64,000 nucleotides of DNA from a virus. Location of the stretch: IMG/VR virus record IMGVR_UViG_3300038393_002936; one strand, 5' to 3'. Below, one piece after another: positions 8,479 through 18,272 of the stretch; within the stretch, counting starts at the first letter, position 1; every line of letters starts with the position of its first letter. Below the pieces are notes generated by a model that did no database searches, was not told the origin of the DNA, and worked only from the letters and a program-made list of their open reading frames with translations. The position numbers were made by a program, and so were the translations under genes.

Positions 8479-10698
8479 TCATACACCACCGCGGATGACG
8501 ACCGCCCCACCGTACCCCCGCGACCCCAACTTGTTGGTGAACCAAGGTGGGGCCTGGTAGAGAGGTCCGCCCTCGGTACGGGCCGCCGGGTTGGTCGAGG
8601 CGATTTCCGAAATGAACCCGCCGACCCCGCCCTTGTAGGTGAAGACGGGGAGGGCCCGGGCGAGCTGGCGGGCCCCCATGTTGGCCATCAGGAGCGCGCT
8701 ATAGCGGTCTTTGCGCATCCGCCCGGCTTTTGACCCGGGCACCTTGCGGTCGGGTGTGTCCCAGCGGCGGAGTCCGGTCGACGACTCGGACACCTCAATG
8801 GTGGCCAGTTCGTCTTTCAATTTCTCGATTTCCAACATGGCCTGTTCGAGCGTGTCGTAGGTCTGGTAGACCTTCTCCCCTCGCTCGTCCTTGCCCACGC
8901 GGCCGGCGGCCTCGTCGGCGATTTCGGTCAGGCCCAGCGTCAGCGAGTTGAACATGGGGAACAGGAGCACCCGGTCTTCCAGGTCCTTCTTCATCCCGTC
9001 GTTGGCCTCGACCACCCAGGCGTTGTCGCGGAACACGACCATCTCGAGCAAATGGTCCCCGGCCAGGTTGTCGGTCGGCTTCTTGTCCTTCGGGTCGACC
9101 ACTTCGTAGACGGGCAGTTCGCCGGGTTCGAGCTTGTCCGGGTCCCCGAAGGCTTCCCGGAGCGTAATCCCGCCACCGCCCGCGTCGACCAGCACCCGAG
9201 CGGGCGGAAAGACCTTGAACAGGTCGCGAATTTTCCGCACGCAATAGCGGAAAAAGTCGTGGTCGCCGACCATCTTCTTGCGGAGCTTGTTCGTGTGGTC
9301 GGCCTTGCGAGTGGTCCAGCAGTACACGACGCGGCGGTGCTCGGGCCAGATTTCCACGATGACGACCGCGAACCGGTCGTTTTCCGAGGCGGGGTCAATT
9401 CCGTACACGTATTTACAGTTGCCACTGGCCTGCAAGGCGGCCGTGAACTTGACCGGCCCACACGACGCGAACGAAACGGGGTCGGGGTCGTCCGGTTTGC
9501 CGACCACACATTTTTCAATCAGGGAACGCTTGTAGAAACCGTCGGAGTCTAATGCCCAAACGCAATTGTATTCAAGATTAAATTGAACAGAATTCGTAAT
9601 CCGCTTGGCCCGCGCAATAGTGGCCTCGTCCATGTACCCGGGCGGGACGAGCGCGTAGGGCATGCGGATGATGCTATACTGCCGCCAGTCGAAGCCGGAC
9701 GGGACGGGTCCGGTGAAGATTTTTTCCAGCTCGTCCTTTTTCCCCCGCGACTCGATGAATGTCTTGTATTCCTTCCAGTACCGGTAGAAGTGGTTGAAGG
9801 CGTAGGTGGTCGTACCCGATAGGACGCTCTGGTTCCCCCGGACCCGCTTGGCCTCGTCGGCGTCCATCTCCGCCGTCCACATCCCGAGCCGCTTCAGGAG
9901 GCGGATGCGGGCCCCATCCATCACGTTCCCGATGGGGTCGGCGGTGACCGACGCGAACCCCTGGACGACGACCGCGTACACTTCTTCCAAAATACTTCCG
10001 ACTTCGTCGGTCAGGATATAATTACCACGAAGACCGCGAATCTTTTCGCCCGACCCCATCGGGATGCCGATAATGGACGAGTCACCGATAATGAACTCGA
10101 CTCGGTCAATGTCCCGCCGGGGGCCGCACTTCCGACCGCCCGTCCGTCCGGACCGGACCAGGCTCTGGAAGACCGGTGAGTTGTGCCAAATCCGCTCGAT
10201 GTACTCGAACACGGCCTTGGCCTGGCGAAACGCGGCGGCCGTGATGACGATTTTGGCCCCCGGGGTAAAAGTAGCACGAAGAATTGCATATAATGCTAAA
10301 ATAAAGCTCTTTCCAAATCCTCTAGTACCGATTAGCATAGGGAACTGCCGCCACCACAGTTCCCGGAGGGCGAGCTGTTGGAAGGGTAGGATGGTCAGCG
10401 GGCCACCGCCGTCCGGTCGGCAGAAGAGCGACCGGCAGGTAAATGGGAAGAAATTGGGGTCGCGGAGGAGTTTGAGCAGGTGGATGTGCGGGTTGTCGAA
10501 CTCGAACCGGGTCTTGGGGACGAGCGGCTGGTCGGGCGACGGCGAAATGTCCAGCAGGGAGAGGGCCTGTCTTGCCCCTTCCGCTCCGGGCTTAATCGAG
10601 TCCCACTGTTCGGGACTGAGGGCCCAGGCCTCTTCCGCCATCCGGAACAACACATCGTGGTCTGCCGTGAAGACCGGCTTATTTCGACTGACTGCCAT
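8479..10698 (-). CDS. terL: terminase large subunit
   Basis: Q motif LPFQ, Walker A GTRGFGKS, RGLRG, Walker B ILTDE, RNase H-like VYGIDPAS, C-terminal KDRYSA. Confidence 0.92.
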   Translation of the reverse strand: MAVSRNKPVFTADHDVLFRMAEEAWALSPEQWDSIKPGAEGARQALSLLDISPSPDQPLVPKTRFEFDNPHIHLLKLLRDPNFFPFTCRSLFCRPDGGGPLTILPFQQLALRELWWRQFPMLIGTRGFGKSFILALYAILRATFTPGAKIVITAAAFRQAKAVFEYIERIWHNSPVFQSLVRSGRTGGRKCGPRRDIDRVEFIIGDSSIIGIPMGSGEKIRGLRGNYILTDEVGSILEEVYAVVVQGFASVTADPIGNVMDGARIRLLKRLGMWTAEMDADEAKRVRGNQSVLSGTTTYAFNHFYRYWKEYKTFIESRGKKDELEKIFTGPVPSGFDWRQYSIIRMPYALVPPGYMDEATIARAKRITNSVQFNLEYNCVWALDSDGFYKRSLIEKCVVGKPDDPDPVSFASCGPVKFTAALQASGNCKYVYGIDPASENDRFAVVIVEIWPEHRRVVYCWTTRKADHTNKLRKKMVGDHDFFRYCVRKIRDLFKVFPPARVLVDAGGGGITLREAFGDPDKLEPGELPVYEVVDPKDKKPTDNLAGDHLLEMVVFRDNAWVVEANDGMKKDLEDRVLLFPMFNSLTLGLTEIADEAAGRVGKDERGEKVYQTYDTLEQAMLEIEKLKDELATIEVSESSTGLRRWDTPDRKVPGSKAGRMRKDRYSALLMANMGARQLARALPVFTYKGGVGGFISEIASTNPAARTEGGPLYQAPPWFTNKLGSRGYGGAVVIRGGV

Positions 10699-11170
10699 AC
10701 AAGTCAACGATTCGCTTGAACAAGGAAAGGGCGGCCGTACGGCCCTGTTGGCCGACGAACTCGACCCGCAGCCGGGGGTGGGCCAGCCGCATCTCGTGGT
10801 AGGTCTTGATGAGCAGGTCGGGCCGGACCTTCAGGGACCGCCATTTGGAAGGCGGGACGCCCGAGCCCCGCGGGTACTCGACCAGTTGCTTCCACTCGAA
10901 CTCGAGGAACAGGTAGGGGTGTTCGAACTCGTCGAGCCGCTCGAGTTCGCGATGGAACCGGGGCTGGAATAAATTCTGACAAAATTCTGACGATGAGAAT
11001 TTCCTCTCCAAACAAAACACTTTCTCAAAACCCTTGACCGTATAATCTCCGGTCGAAAGGGTTTGCACTTCTGTCCCAAGGCATCGCGCCCGAGCCTGAA
11101 AAATCCAGCCTTCCTGTTCGCGGGTGTCGCGAATGACCGTAAATTTAACTTCTTCTTTTTTGGGCGGCAT
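10679..11170 (-). CDS. ERCC4/XPF-family nuclease
   Basis: DTREQ...TLSTGDY...ERK signature. Confidence 0.85.
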   Translation of the reverse strand: MPPKKEEVKFTVIRDTREQEGWIFQARARCLGTEVQTLSTGDYTVKGFEKVFCLERKFSSSEFCQNLFQPRFHRELERLDEFEHPYLFLEFEWKQLVEYPRGSGVPPSKWRSLKVRPDLLIKTYHEMRLAHPRLRVEFVGQQGRTAALSLFKRIVDLYGSQSK

Positions 11171-12248
11171 TTTCCGCAATGACCCCGCACAAGTGAACGA
11201 ATTCCGATTCAGGAAGCTCTTGTTTCATGAAATTAATATCCTTGAAAATCCACTGTATATTACCTTCGACATAACCCAGTTTTGAATCGATGCGGTCTAG
11301 CGATGCGGTTCGCCTTCGCAGGTCACGGTGAGTTTCTGGCAAAACAAGCTTAATACCAGACAATGCACATCTACCCATTTGCTTCACAAACAAATCCCAG
11401 ACCTGCTCAATGGACACCTCGAAAAGTTTGGAAGTGTTTGCGACTTCCGACCAAACTGAACCTGTAATCCCGCCAAAACCTGTCCTTCGACTAAGGTCAG
11501 TTGTGAACGCATAAGGTTGAGGTGGCTTCTCTCCGCTGACCGCTCGGAGCGGAAATGCAATTAGCCCGCATAGGCCCAAGAAGTAAGGAAGGGAGTAGCT
11601 CTGCTTCATGTAGTTGATGCGACGGTCAACCCACTGGCAATTGCCAACCGAATACGGCAAGGAAGAATCAATGCGGTCCAAGGATGCCGTCGACTCCCGC
11701 AAGCGTTTACCGAAATAGATATCGAGACCACTTATGGCGCACTTACCGTCCTGCGACTCGAATAATTCAGATGCTTCAGCATGGCTGATGCCAAATTCAA
11801 TCCCTCTCGTGGCGACTGAGTTTTTGACAGGCGTCCAGTAAGCAGACGAGATTTTACCGATGTAAAAAAGCTTCTTACAACCACAAGAAGTCGCCCTGCC
11901 ACTTTTCAAGTTATCGCACGATTTAACAGTATAATTACCACAGTCACACCGACATCGCCACATTGCCGTCGGCTCATCCTGCACACCAAGACATTCTTCG
12001 GCAACCAATTTGCCCGAACGGAATCCCTTTATATTTTTAAATTTCCGAACAGCATGACAGTCACGAATTTTATATCCGTGTCTCACAAGATTGTTTTTGA
12101 CTGTCGAATAGGAACACCCGGCCATTCTGCCAATATCTTCGAGTGAAAATTTACGATTATAGTAGGCATCCACTATCACCGGCATGACCAGGCTAACTCT
12201 GACCCCTGGCTTTCTGCCCTTGTATTTTCTTTTCTCTCGATTGGTCAT
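11145..12248 (-). CDS. free-standing HNH-type homing endonuclease with duplicated nuclease domain
   Basis: low GC; N-terminal HTH, WRCRCDCG...SCGC module, two repeats of Q.G.CA.SG...ASLDRIDS...Y..GN.QW...IN.MKQ. Confidence 0.8.
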   Translation of the reverse strand: MTNREKRKYKGRKPGVRVSLVMPVIVDAYYNRKFSLEDIGRMAGCSYSTVKNNLVRHGYKIRDCHAVRKFKNIKGFRSGKLVAEECLGVQDEPTAMWRCRCDCGNYTVKSCDNLKSGRATSCGCKKLFYIGKISSAYWTPVKNSVATRGIEFGISHAEASELFESQDGKCAISGLDIYFGKRLRESTASLDRIDSSLPYSVGNCQWVDRRINYMKQSYSLPYFLGLCGLIAFPLRAVSGEKPPQPYAFTTDLSRRTGFGGITGSVWSEVANTSKLFEVSIEQVWDLFVKQMGRCALSGIKLVLPETHRDLRRRTASLDRIDSKLGYVEGNIQWIFKDINFMKQELPESEFVHLCGVIAENAAQKRRS

Positions 12249-12256
12249 CGCATTCG

Positions 12257-12412
12257 TCACTTGTCTTCCAACCCTTTGATGGCGTAGTCGCCGGTCTTCA
12301 GGGTCCCCACCTCGGTCCCCTGGCACCTCGCACGGGCCAGAAAGGTCCACCCATTTTGTTCGCGGCTGTCGCGGATGACTGTGAATTTGATTTGGTCGGG
12401 CTTGGTGGTCAT
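12257..12412 (-). pseudogene. truncated original 5' end of the ERCC4 nuclease gene (51 aa)
   Basis: translates MTTKPDQIKFTVIRDSREQNGWTFLARARCQGTEVGTLKTGDYAIKGLEDK*, colinear with the N-terminus of 10679..11170. Confidence 0.85.
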
Positions 12413-12718
12413 TTAACTACTGGTAGACTTAGTCACAGAAATAATGATTTCCGGCTTGAGCCATTCGGCCAGGGCCCGGTCGAGCTGGTCGGCGGCGAGG
12501 CCGTACACGTTCCAGTCCGTGTCACTGACGAATCGACAAATGTCCGGGCGGGAAAAACCCCACTTCAGACGGGCCTCGAGCGTCCGCTTGATTTCCCGAT
12601 AACTCGGGCCGACCACGGCCAAAATTCGCTCTTCGCCCTCGTCGGCGAGCAACAATTTGTCCAGGAGGCGAACGGCGTCTTCAGGACTGTCGATACTCAG
12701 TCGGAGTGGGGCACTCAT
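12413..12718 (-). CDS. hypothetical protein
   Basis: MSAPLRLS ORF with overlapping start/stop junctions. Confidence 0.55.
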   Translation of the reverse strand: MSAPLRLSIDSPEDAVRLLDKLLLADEGEERILAVVGPSYREIKRTLEARLKWGFSRPDICRFVSDTDWNVYGLAADQLDRALAEWLKPEIIISVTKSTSS

Positions 12719-13149
12719 GAAATTCTCATGACCGAGACGGGCTGAACCGCACCCAAATTGAAGTGCCCCCGCGGCCCGCACATCTTGATGAAGGCGGATG
12801 CGCCCCGGACCCAGAACCGACATTCGCCGTATTCGACGAGGTGGTCATCGGGTCCTGTCCCGAACGGGACAGTCACTTCTTGCCGGATGGTGTCCAGACC
12901 AGACAAAAACCGGACCGCCACCTCGTTCGGGTCGTCCTCGGGGCCGAACGGGTACAGGGCCGGCAAGCGGTCATCCAGATACCGGGTCGGGTACTGGTGA
13001 CGAGCGTCGAACTGAAAACCCTCGAACACACAGGCGTACCCAGCCGGCTTGTAATCGTTCGGGCAGCAATCACTGTGGGTGCTGCATTTGCAGCGGTAGC
13101 CTTCTTCCGGCAGGAGAGGGGCATCATGAAATAATTCAATGGGCTTCAT
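12715..13149 (-). CDS. hypothetical Cys-rich protein
   Basis: 144 aa ORF coupled to neighbours. Confidence 0.55.
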   Translation of the reverse strand: MKPIELFHDAPLLPEEGYRCKCSTHSDCCPNDYKPAGYACVFEGFQFDARHQYPTRYLDDRLPALYPFGPEDDPNEVAVRFLSGLDTIRQEVTVPFGTGPDDHLVEYGECRFWVRGASAFIKMCGPRGHFNLGAVQPVSVMRIS

Positions 13150-13999
13150 TATCAGATACTACCTCGGCATCACCGAGCCCGACCGTGTCCGGAGTGAGGA
13201 TGGGCCTATCGTAACTAGAGTCGCCGTACTGATGGTGTGCCGATAGGCGGTTGAGTTCTCCCGCGGTGGCCCGTCGCATGAGCTCGATATAACGGTCCCC
13301 CTCCTGCCGGACTGATTCTTCCTGGAGGCTCCGAAGGAGCCCCAAGAAGTCCATTTTGCCGCTCTCAATCCGGTCAACCCGCTGTTGACGGGTCGCCTTG
13401 AGGGCCTCCATCAATTTTTGGTGCTTCTCTTCCAATTTCACATATTCGACGGTCAGGTCCGCCTGTAGGCTGTTCGCCTTTTCGAGCAGTTCGTCCAAAA
13501 TTTGCAATTTCCGGACATCTTCGTCGCTGTCGGGCAGATTGAATTTCTGGAGCTTCAATAGCTGTTCGCGTGTGACCTCGAGCCGCTCGATTTCCCGCCC
13601 GACCCGCCGCTGTTTGACCGCGTTCCGGTGTTTGAGCAGGTCCAGTTTGATGACCTTGAAGACCTGGTTCTCTTCGGTCGGAAGGACCTTGTCCTCGCTG
13701 AACTGGTCCATGAGGGCGACGTACTGTTCCTCGAAGTACGCCAGTTCGTCCTTTTCGAACTCGGCCACCAACTGTTTCCAAGCCGCGCTCTGTTTGAGCC
13801 CGAGCCGGATACTGGACTGGGTTTCGGGTTCGGGCGGACGAGGAGTCGCCGGCTTGGCGCTCATCGCCTTGAGGACGACGTTGACGGACCGGTTAAGCTT
13901 GCCCGCGATATCCTGCGGGGTCATCCGGCCGGCGTTCGCCTCGATGAAGGCGACCTCGGCGTTGCTTAAGCGTCCGCTTTTGGTGGGTTGCTTGGGCAC
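13136..13999 (-). CDS. HTH + coiled-coil protein, candidate terminase small subunit
   Basis: N-terminal 'TPQDIAGKLNRSVNVV' HTH, long coiled coil, upstream of TerL; TerS role is inference. Confidence 0.5.
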   Translation of the reverse strand: MPKQPTKSGRLSNAEVAFIEANAGRMTPQDIAGKLNRSVNVVLKAMSAKPATPRPPEPETQSSIRLGLKQSAAWKQLVAEFEKDELAYFEEQYVALMDQFSEDKVLPTEENQVFKVIKLDLLKHRNAVKQRRVGREIERLEVTREQLLKLQKFNLPDSDEDVRKLQILDELLEKANSLQADLTVEYVKLEEKHQKLMEALKATRQQRVDRIESGKMDFLGLLRSLQEESVRQEGDRYIELMRRATAGELNRLSAHHQYGDSSYDRPILTPDTVGLGDAEVVSDNEAH

Positions 14000-14580
14000 G
14001 CGATGACTCTCACAGCGGCTTCGACCTTTTTCCGGCGACTGGTCGGCAGCCGCTCACCGGCCAACATTCGCAAATAATCCGAGCGAAGCGTGGGGTCGAG
14101 TTCCCGGTCGATTCTGCTACGCAGTTCGTCGAACGAGGCCAGTTCGGCGGCCCTATCATCGGCCTTGAGCCCGCTCTCGCGGTCGTCGGCAATCCCGTCC
14201 AGCGAAAGCGGCCGGGTCAGGTTGGCCTTGGTCGCGTTCCGCTTCTTCCAGGCCAGGTACTTGCGGCAGACCTTGCGGTCCGCGTGCTCGCTTTCGCGAC
14301 CCTGGTGGCACAAGTTACACGGCGGGTCGGTCCGCCTATAATTATCACGCTTGAAGTTAATAAGCCGGCGAACGGCGTGTGTGTACAGATACTTTTCGAG
14401 CGGCCGGGATGGGTCGTACTTGCCTTTGGCAAGCAGTTCTAAGCAGAACACTCGTGTTTCCTGCCGGACGTCTTCGGCCTCCAGGTATCCAAACACGAAC
14501 TTGTCGGACGCCTGGTTAACAACCTTCTCGATGGCCTCGAGGACACTTGCCTCGGTGTGGCCGGGCGGAATTTCCATCAC
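13966..14580 (-). CDS. phage sigma-70-like factor (region 2 plus C-terminal HTH, CxxC insert)
   Basis: 'AEDVRQE...KYDPSRPLEKYLYTHAVRRLINFKRD' resembles sigma region 2. Confidence 0.7.
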   Translation of the reverse strand: MMEIPPGHTEASVLEAIEKVVNQASDKFVFGYLEAEDVRQETRVFCLELLAKGKYDPSRPLEKYLYTHAVRRLINFKRDNYRRTDPPCNLCHQGRESEHADRKVCRKYLAWKKRNATKANLTRPLSLDGIADDRESGLKADDRAAELASFDELRSRIDRELDPTLRSDYLRMLAGERLPTSRRKKVEAAVRVIACPSNPPKADA

Positions 14581-14753
14581 TCGCTTTGCTCGTGTTTCAC
14601 AGGCTTGTCCTTTTCGCTGGCCCAGTCGACCCCGTAGAGGCGTCGACCGTGCGCCCTCAGTATCTCATCTGAGCCGTCAGGCTCAGGGTCCGGCAGGGAA
14701 AGTTCTACCTGGGCCCGCTCTTCGTCTTCGTCCACTGCATATTTGGGATTCAT
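14577..14753 (-). CDS. hypothetical protein
   Basis: MNPKYAVD after AGGAGG RBS and GTGTATTA motif. Confidence 0.55.
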   Translation of the reverse strand: MNPKYAVDEDEERAQVELSLPDPEPDGSDEILRAHGRRLYGVDWASEKDKPVKHEQSE

Positions 14754-15496
14754 AATTCCTCCTCTTTGTAATACACACATAAAACGCACGGCTTTTAGTG
14801 TTGCCGCACAACGAGTTGCGGACGGAGCCTTAATAGGGGGGTTTGCTTGGTTCACTTCGTTCACGGGCAAGGCTGGGGATTTTTTTGGACTCATTGTGGC
14901 GAGGGGGCCGGTGGCTGTGAAATCTAGTGGTGGTAGAAAAGGGGCGGCGTCGTTCCTACACTGATAAGAATGTCAACGGTGGATTTTGCTGCTCCCTGTT
15001 GTTTCTCGATGCCCTCGCCCGCCCCACCCCTCCCGCCTGGTCCCCCTCCCCCTCAAACAACTCCCCCGGTGGGCCTCCCCCTACATCCGGTTGAGCCGAC
15101 CGGGCGTTCCGGACGGCCGGAGGGTACATCTCGTGCGGGAGGGTAGGCGTATGGGGAGCTCAATTCTACTGGTCACGCTCGCCGGGCTCATCCTGGTTCA
15201 CGGTGCGGTGCAAGCCTGCCGGGGCAAGCGGTTCTCCCCCTCGCGGTGCAAGTGGGAGTAACGGCCGGTCTGTCGGGATGTGCGACAGGGTATTGCCCCT
15301 ACATGGGTCCGTCGGACCCTACATAGATGCGGGCGGGAGCTGGTATCCCGCCATCCGCCGGTGAGCGTTCTCTGCATTCGCAGAGGAGTGCCCGGGGGGT
15401 TGCTCCCGCGAGCTGCGGGCCGCACGTTGCGGCCCGGGTTTTTGCGGGTAGCGGACGGCGGGCCGTCGAAACGGCCCGCCCGATGGAGATTCTCAC

Positions 15497-15934
15497 ATGG
15501 CGAACTACGCGATTGCGGATATGGCGTTCACGGGGCCCGAAGTGTCGGTGACGCTACGGCACAAGGGGACGGACGGGAAGGTACGGAGCCACCAGCTCCC
15601 GGCCGGGGTGATTCCGGCGGAAGACACGCTCGCCGCGTTCGCCGACGCCGCGGCCGAACATGGGACGGCCCGCAGCACGCGGACGGTCCAACTCGACACC
15701 GATAACCAGGTCAGCCGCCGGGGCAAGTTGGCGAAGGGGGAAGAGCTCCGGCAACGCATCCTGGCATTGGGCAAGAACTACGTTCCCCCGGCCCCAGCCG
15801 TTCCGCCGGCCCCGGTGGTGAACGAGACTCCGGCCCCGGTGGTTCCCCCGACCGCGGACAGCCCGCCGGAGAACGAGACGGGCGAAAGCCGGGCACGCAA
15901 CCGGGCCCGCAAGGCGAGCAACGCGACGACGTGA
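15497..15934 (+). CDS. hypothetical protein, Pro-rich C-terminus
   Basis: GGAG RBS, 145 aa. Confidence 0.6.
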   Translation: MANYAIADMAFTGPEVSVTLRHKGTDGKVRSHQLPAGVIPAEDTLAAFADAAAEHGTARSTRTVQLDTDNQVSRRGKLAKGEELRQRILALGKNYVPPAPAVPPAPVVNETPAPVVPPTADSPPENETGESRARNRARKASNATT

Positions 15935-16035
15935 GACCGGCCGTCCCTACTGCCCCCGGACCGAACGGGGGCTATGGGGAATGCCGGTTGGCAACGTGCC
16001 AGCGGTCCGAACCAGGTTTCCACGGGGTAACGGCC

Positions 16036-16275
16036 ATGTCCGGTTACTTGTTCGTCGTCACGTGCCGCAATGTGGCTCTCGGCATCTTCGCCACGATGGA
16101 CGATGCCAAGCGGTCGATTTCGCTGACACACCAGGACTCGACCGGCCCGACGATGACGCGAACCGGCCCGAGCGGGTGTTTCGCATCCGTGCAACAGACG
16201 AACGGGAACGAGACGTTTGACTACAGTATCGTGGCGGTGAAGCCGTCGGACAAAGCGGGTAAGCTATTTTCCTGA
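16036..16275 (+). CDS. hypothetical protein
   Basis: MSGYLFVV ORF. Confidence 0.5.
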   Translation: MSGYLFVVTCRNVALGIFATMDDAKRSISLTHQDSTGPTMTRTGPSGCFASVQQTNGNETFDYSIVAVKPSDKAGKLFS

Positions 16276-16299
16276 ACACGGCCCGAACCGGAGAACGCG

Positions 16300-17148
16300 A
16301 TGCAACGCCAGTGGACGGAACACGAGCTAGCACGTGCCGAACGCGAGCGGATGGAGATAACCGGCCGCAAGGCACCGGTGAAGCGTCAGCACACGTCCCG
16401 TTCGGCCCGGCCGCGAGCCGTCGACAAGCCCATTTACACGGTCCCGGATGAAGAGTCGGGCGGGGATTTCGTTCACCGCCCGAAGCGTCTGGGGCCGGAC
16501 CGGGTCGGAACCGGTCGCCTGGTTACGATTCGCCCGGAATATCGGACGTCCGCAAAACGCCGTTCGTTTTTCCAGACGATAGAGAAAATCGGGCTCGACT
16601 ACGCGGTTATCGAATCGGCCGGACATGACGACTACTACAACGGGGAAACCGGCGAGCTCCGGGATTGGGCCGTTCTCGTTCCGGCCGTGATTCTTGTCCA
16701 GGGAGCAATCGAGAAAATAGAGCAGCTAGCTCGACACCCGGCCGTTGCGTCCGTGACTCATGTGATGTCCGTGCGGGTCGGGATGCGGGCGAGCGGGTCG
16801 GGGGAGCTGTCCGCCCGCCACAAGCGGGAATTTCGGCCGATGCCGCGGGCCGAACGGGAATCCCTTCCGTTACGGGCGGAGAACGACCGGGTATTAGCCC
16901 GGCAAGAAACCCGGGACGTGAAGCGGGCGAGTGAGGAAGCGGCCCGGTCATCCCAGAACGGCGGACGGGCGAAAACGGCCGGGCAACTAGCCTATCAGGA
17001 ATGGGCGGAAGACGGCCCGGCCGACGACATTGAATCCCGGGAACGGGACACGATGGAACTCGTGTCCCTCCAGAAACTGGGATACGACAACCTCACCCCG
17101 GAGCAATGGGCGAGAGCGGCCCAGTTACTCGCCCGGTTGGGGCTGTAA
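16300..17148 (+). CDS. hypothetical protein
   Basis: 282 aa with GGAG RBS, followed by a terminator. Confidence 0.65.
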   Translation: MQRQWTEHELARAERERMEITGRKAPVKRQHTSRSARPRAVDKPIYTVPDEESGGDFVHRPKRLGPDRVGTGRLVTIRPEYRTSAKRRSFFQTIEKIGLDYAVIESAGHDDYYNGETGELRDWAVLVPAVILVQGAIEKIEQLARHPAVASVTHVMSVRVGMRASGSGELSARHKREFRPMPRAERESLPLRAENDRVLARQETRDVKRASEEAARSSQNGGRAKTAGQLAYQEWAEDGPADDIESRERDTMELVSLQKLGYDNLTPEQWARAAQLLARLGL

Positions 17149-17173
17149 CTCAAAGGACGACACGAACGGCGAC

Positions 17174-17200
17174 AGCCCCCGGGTTTCCCGGGGCTTTTTT
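17174..17200 (+). terminator. intrinsic terminator
   Basis: AGCCCCCGGG-TTT-CCCGGGGCT followed by T-run. Confidence 0.75.
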
Positions 17201-17519
17201 CGTTTGGTAAATACGATAAACGTATCCAGATATCCGAAACGGAGCTACCATGTCGCAACTGTACGTGGCGGTCGGGGCGTGCGTGACGGCCGTGTGCCTG
17301 TGGTGGGTGTGGTCGGCGGGCCCGCGGAGCTATTAGACCGCGAGCTGTCGGGAACTATTGCTGACCTGTCGGTCAGTGGTGAAATCCAAGCGAACCGCGG
17401 GAGGGAGGGGGGAGGCCGCGATTTTGTCGCGAAAATCCCTATGGTGTTTTTACAGCGTATCCACTAGTGTAGTTTTCGAAGCGTATCCGAGTTCGAGACG
17501 CAGTCTCGTGGGGGATGCC

Positions 17520-17870
17520 ATGTCCACTGTCGCGATGAGCAAGTACCGGGAGATGACCGGTGTCCTGAAGGAGCTGGTCCGGGACGCGGTCGGCACGTCC
17601 GACCCGATTTCGCTCCTGGAGGTGGTGGCCGCTCTCGACCGTCGGTTCACCGACGCGACCAAGACGCACGGGTACGTGTGGTTCGAGTTGGCCTACCAGG
17701 GTCAGTCATTCTTGGTCGACGGCGTCAGCCGGAGCTGGGACGTTCGCATCGGGGAATACGCTTACTTGGAAGAACACCCGCGATTCCGGTCGGTCGTCGA
17801 ACGGTCCAGTCGACTCACCTCGGTTGAACTGGTGCTGCTGTTCAAGAAGGTGGTCCGGGTGCTGGGGTAG
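17520..17870 (+). CDS. hypothetical protein
   Basis: MSTVAMSKY ORF. Confidence 0.6.
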   Translation: MSTVAMSKYREMTGVLKELVRDAVGTSDPISLLEVVAALDRRFTDATKTHGYVWFELAYQGQSFLVDGVSRSWDVRIGEYAYLEEHPRFRSVVERSSRLTSVELVLLFKKVVRVLG

Positions 17871-17900
17871 GTCGGAAGTTGTCGGTGGTCGCGAGGTCAT

Positions 17901-17942
17901 TTCCGGCAGGAGAGGAAGGGTGTGTTCTCTTCCCTGCCGGAA
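17901..17942. repeat. motif A inverted pair
   Basis: TTCCGGCAGGAGAGG...CTTCCCTGCCGGAA, intergenic. Confidence 0.8.
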
Positions 17943-17963
17943 GTCCCACCAGAGGGTAAATCC

Positions 17964-18272
17964 GTGAATCAGCACGCAGCACTACAAGAGGCCCTGATTG
18001 CTCTGGACATGGTGTTGACGGGCGTGTCGCGGGCCGGGGCCGAACAGATGATGCGGTCGAACGCCCGGGACACCCGGCGGTTGGTCGTCGGCGGGGCTTA
18101 CTACCTGTCCGACGGCGGGTACAGCCGAATCGTGTTCTTCGACGGCTCCCGCACGGTCAGGTTGACGTGGAACAGCACGGACGCCGTGAAGGCGAGGTGG
18201 GCGGAATGCCCCGCGGAGGTTCAACAGGTACAGGCCGAAGTTTTGAAGGTGTTCGATAGCGGCGAATGGTAA
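17964..18272 (+). CDS. hypothetical protein
   Basis: GTG start after GAGG. Confidence 0.55.
   Translation: MNQHAALQEALIALDMVLTGVSRAGAEQMMRSNARDTRRLVVGGAYYLSDGGYSRIVFFDGSRTVRLTWNSTDAVKARWAECPAEVQQVQAEVLKVFDSGEW

Noticed and set aside
11145-12412. Group I intron or intein in ERCC4
   Set aside because: The upstream stub ends in a stop and the N-terminus is duplicated downstream, so splicing is unnecessary; no intein or intron motifs were seen.
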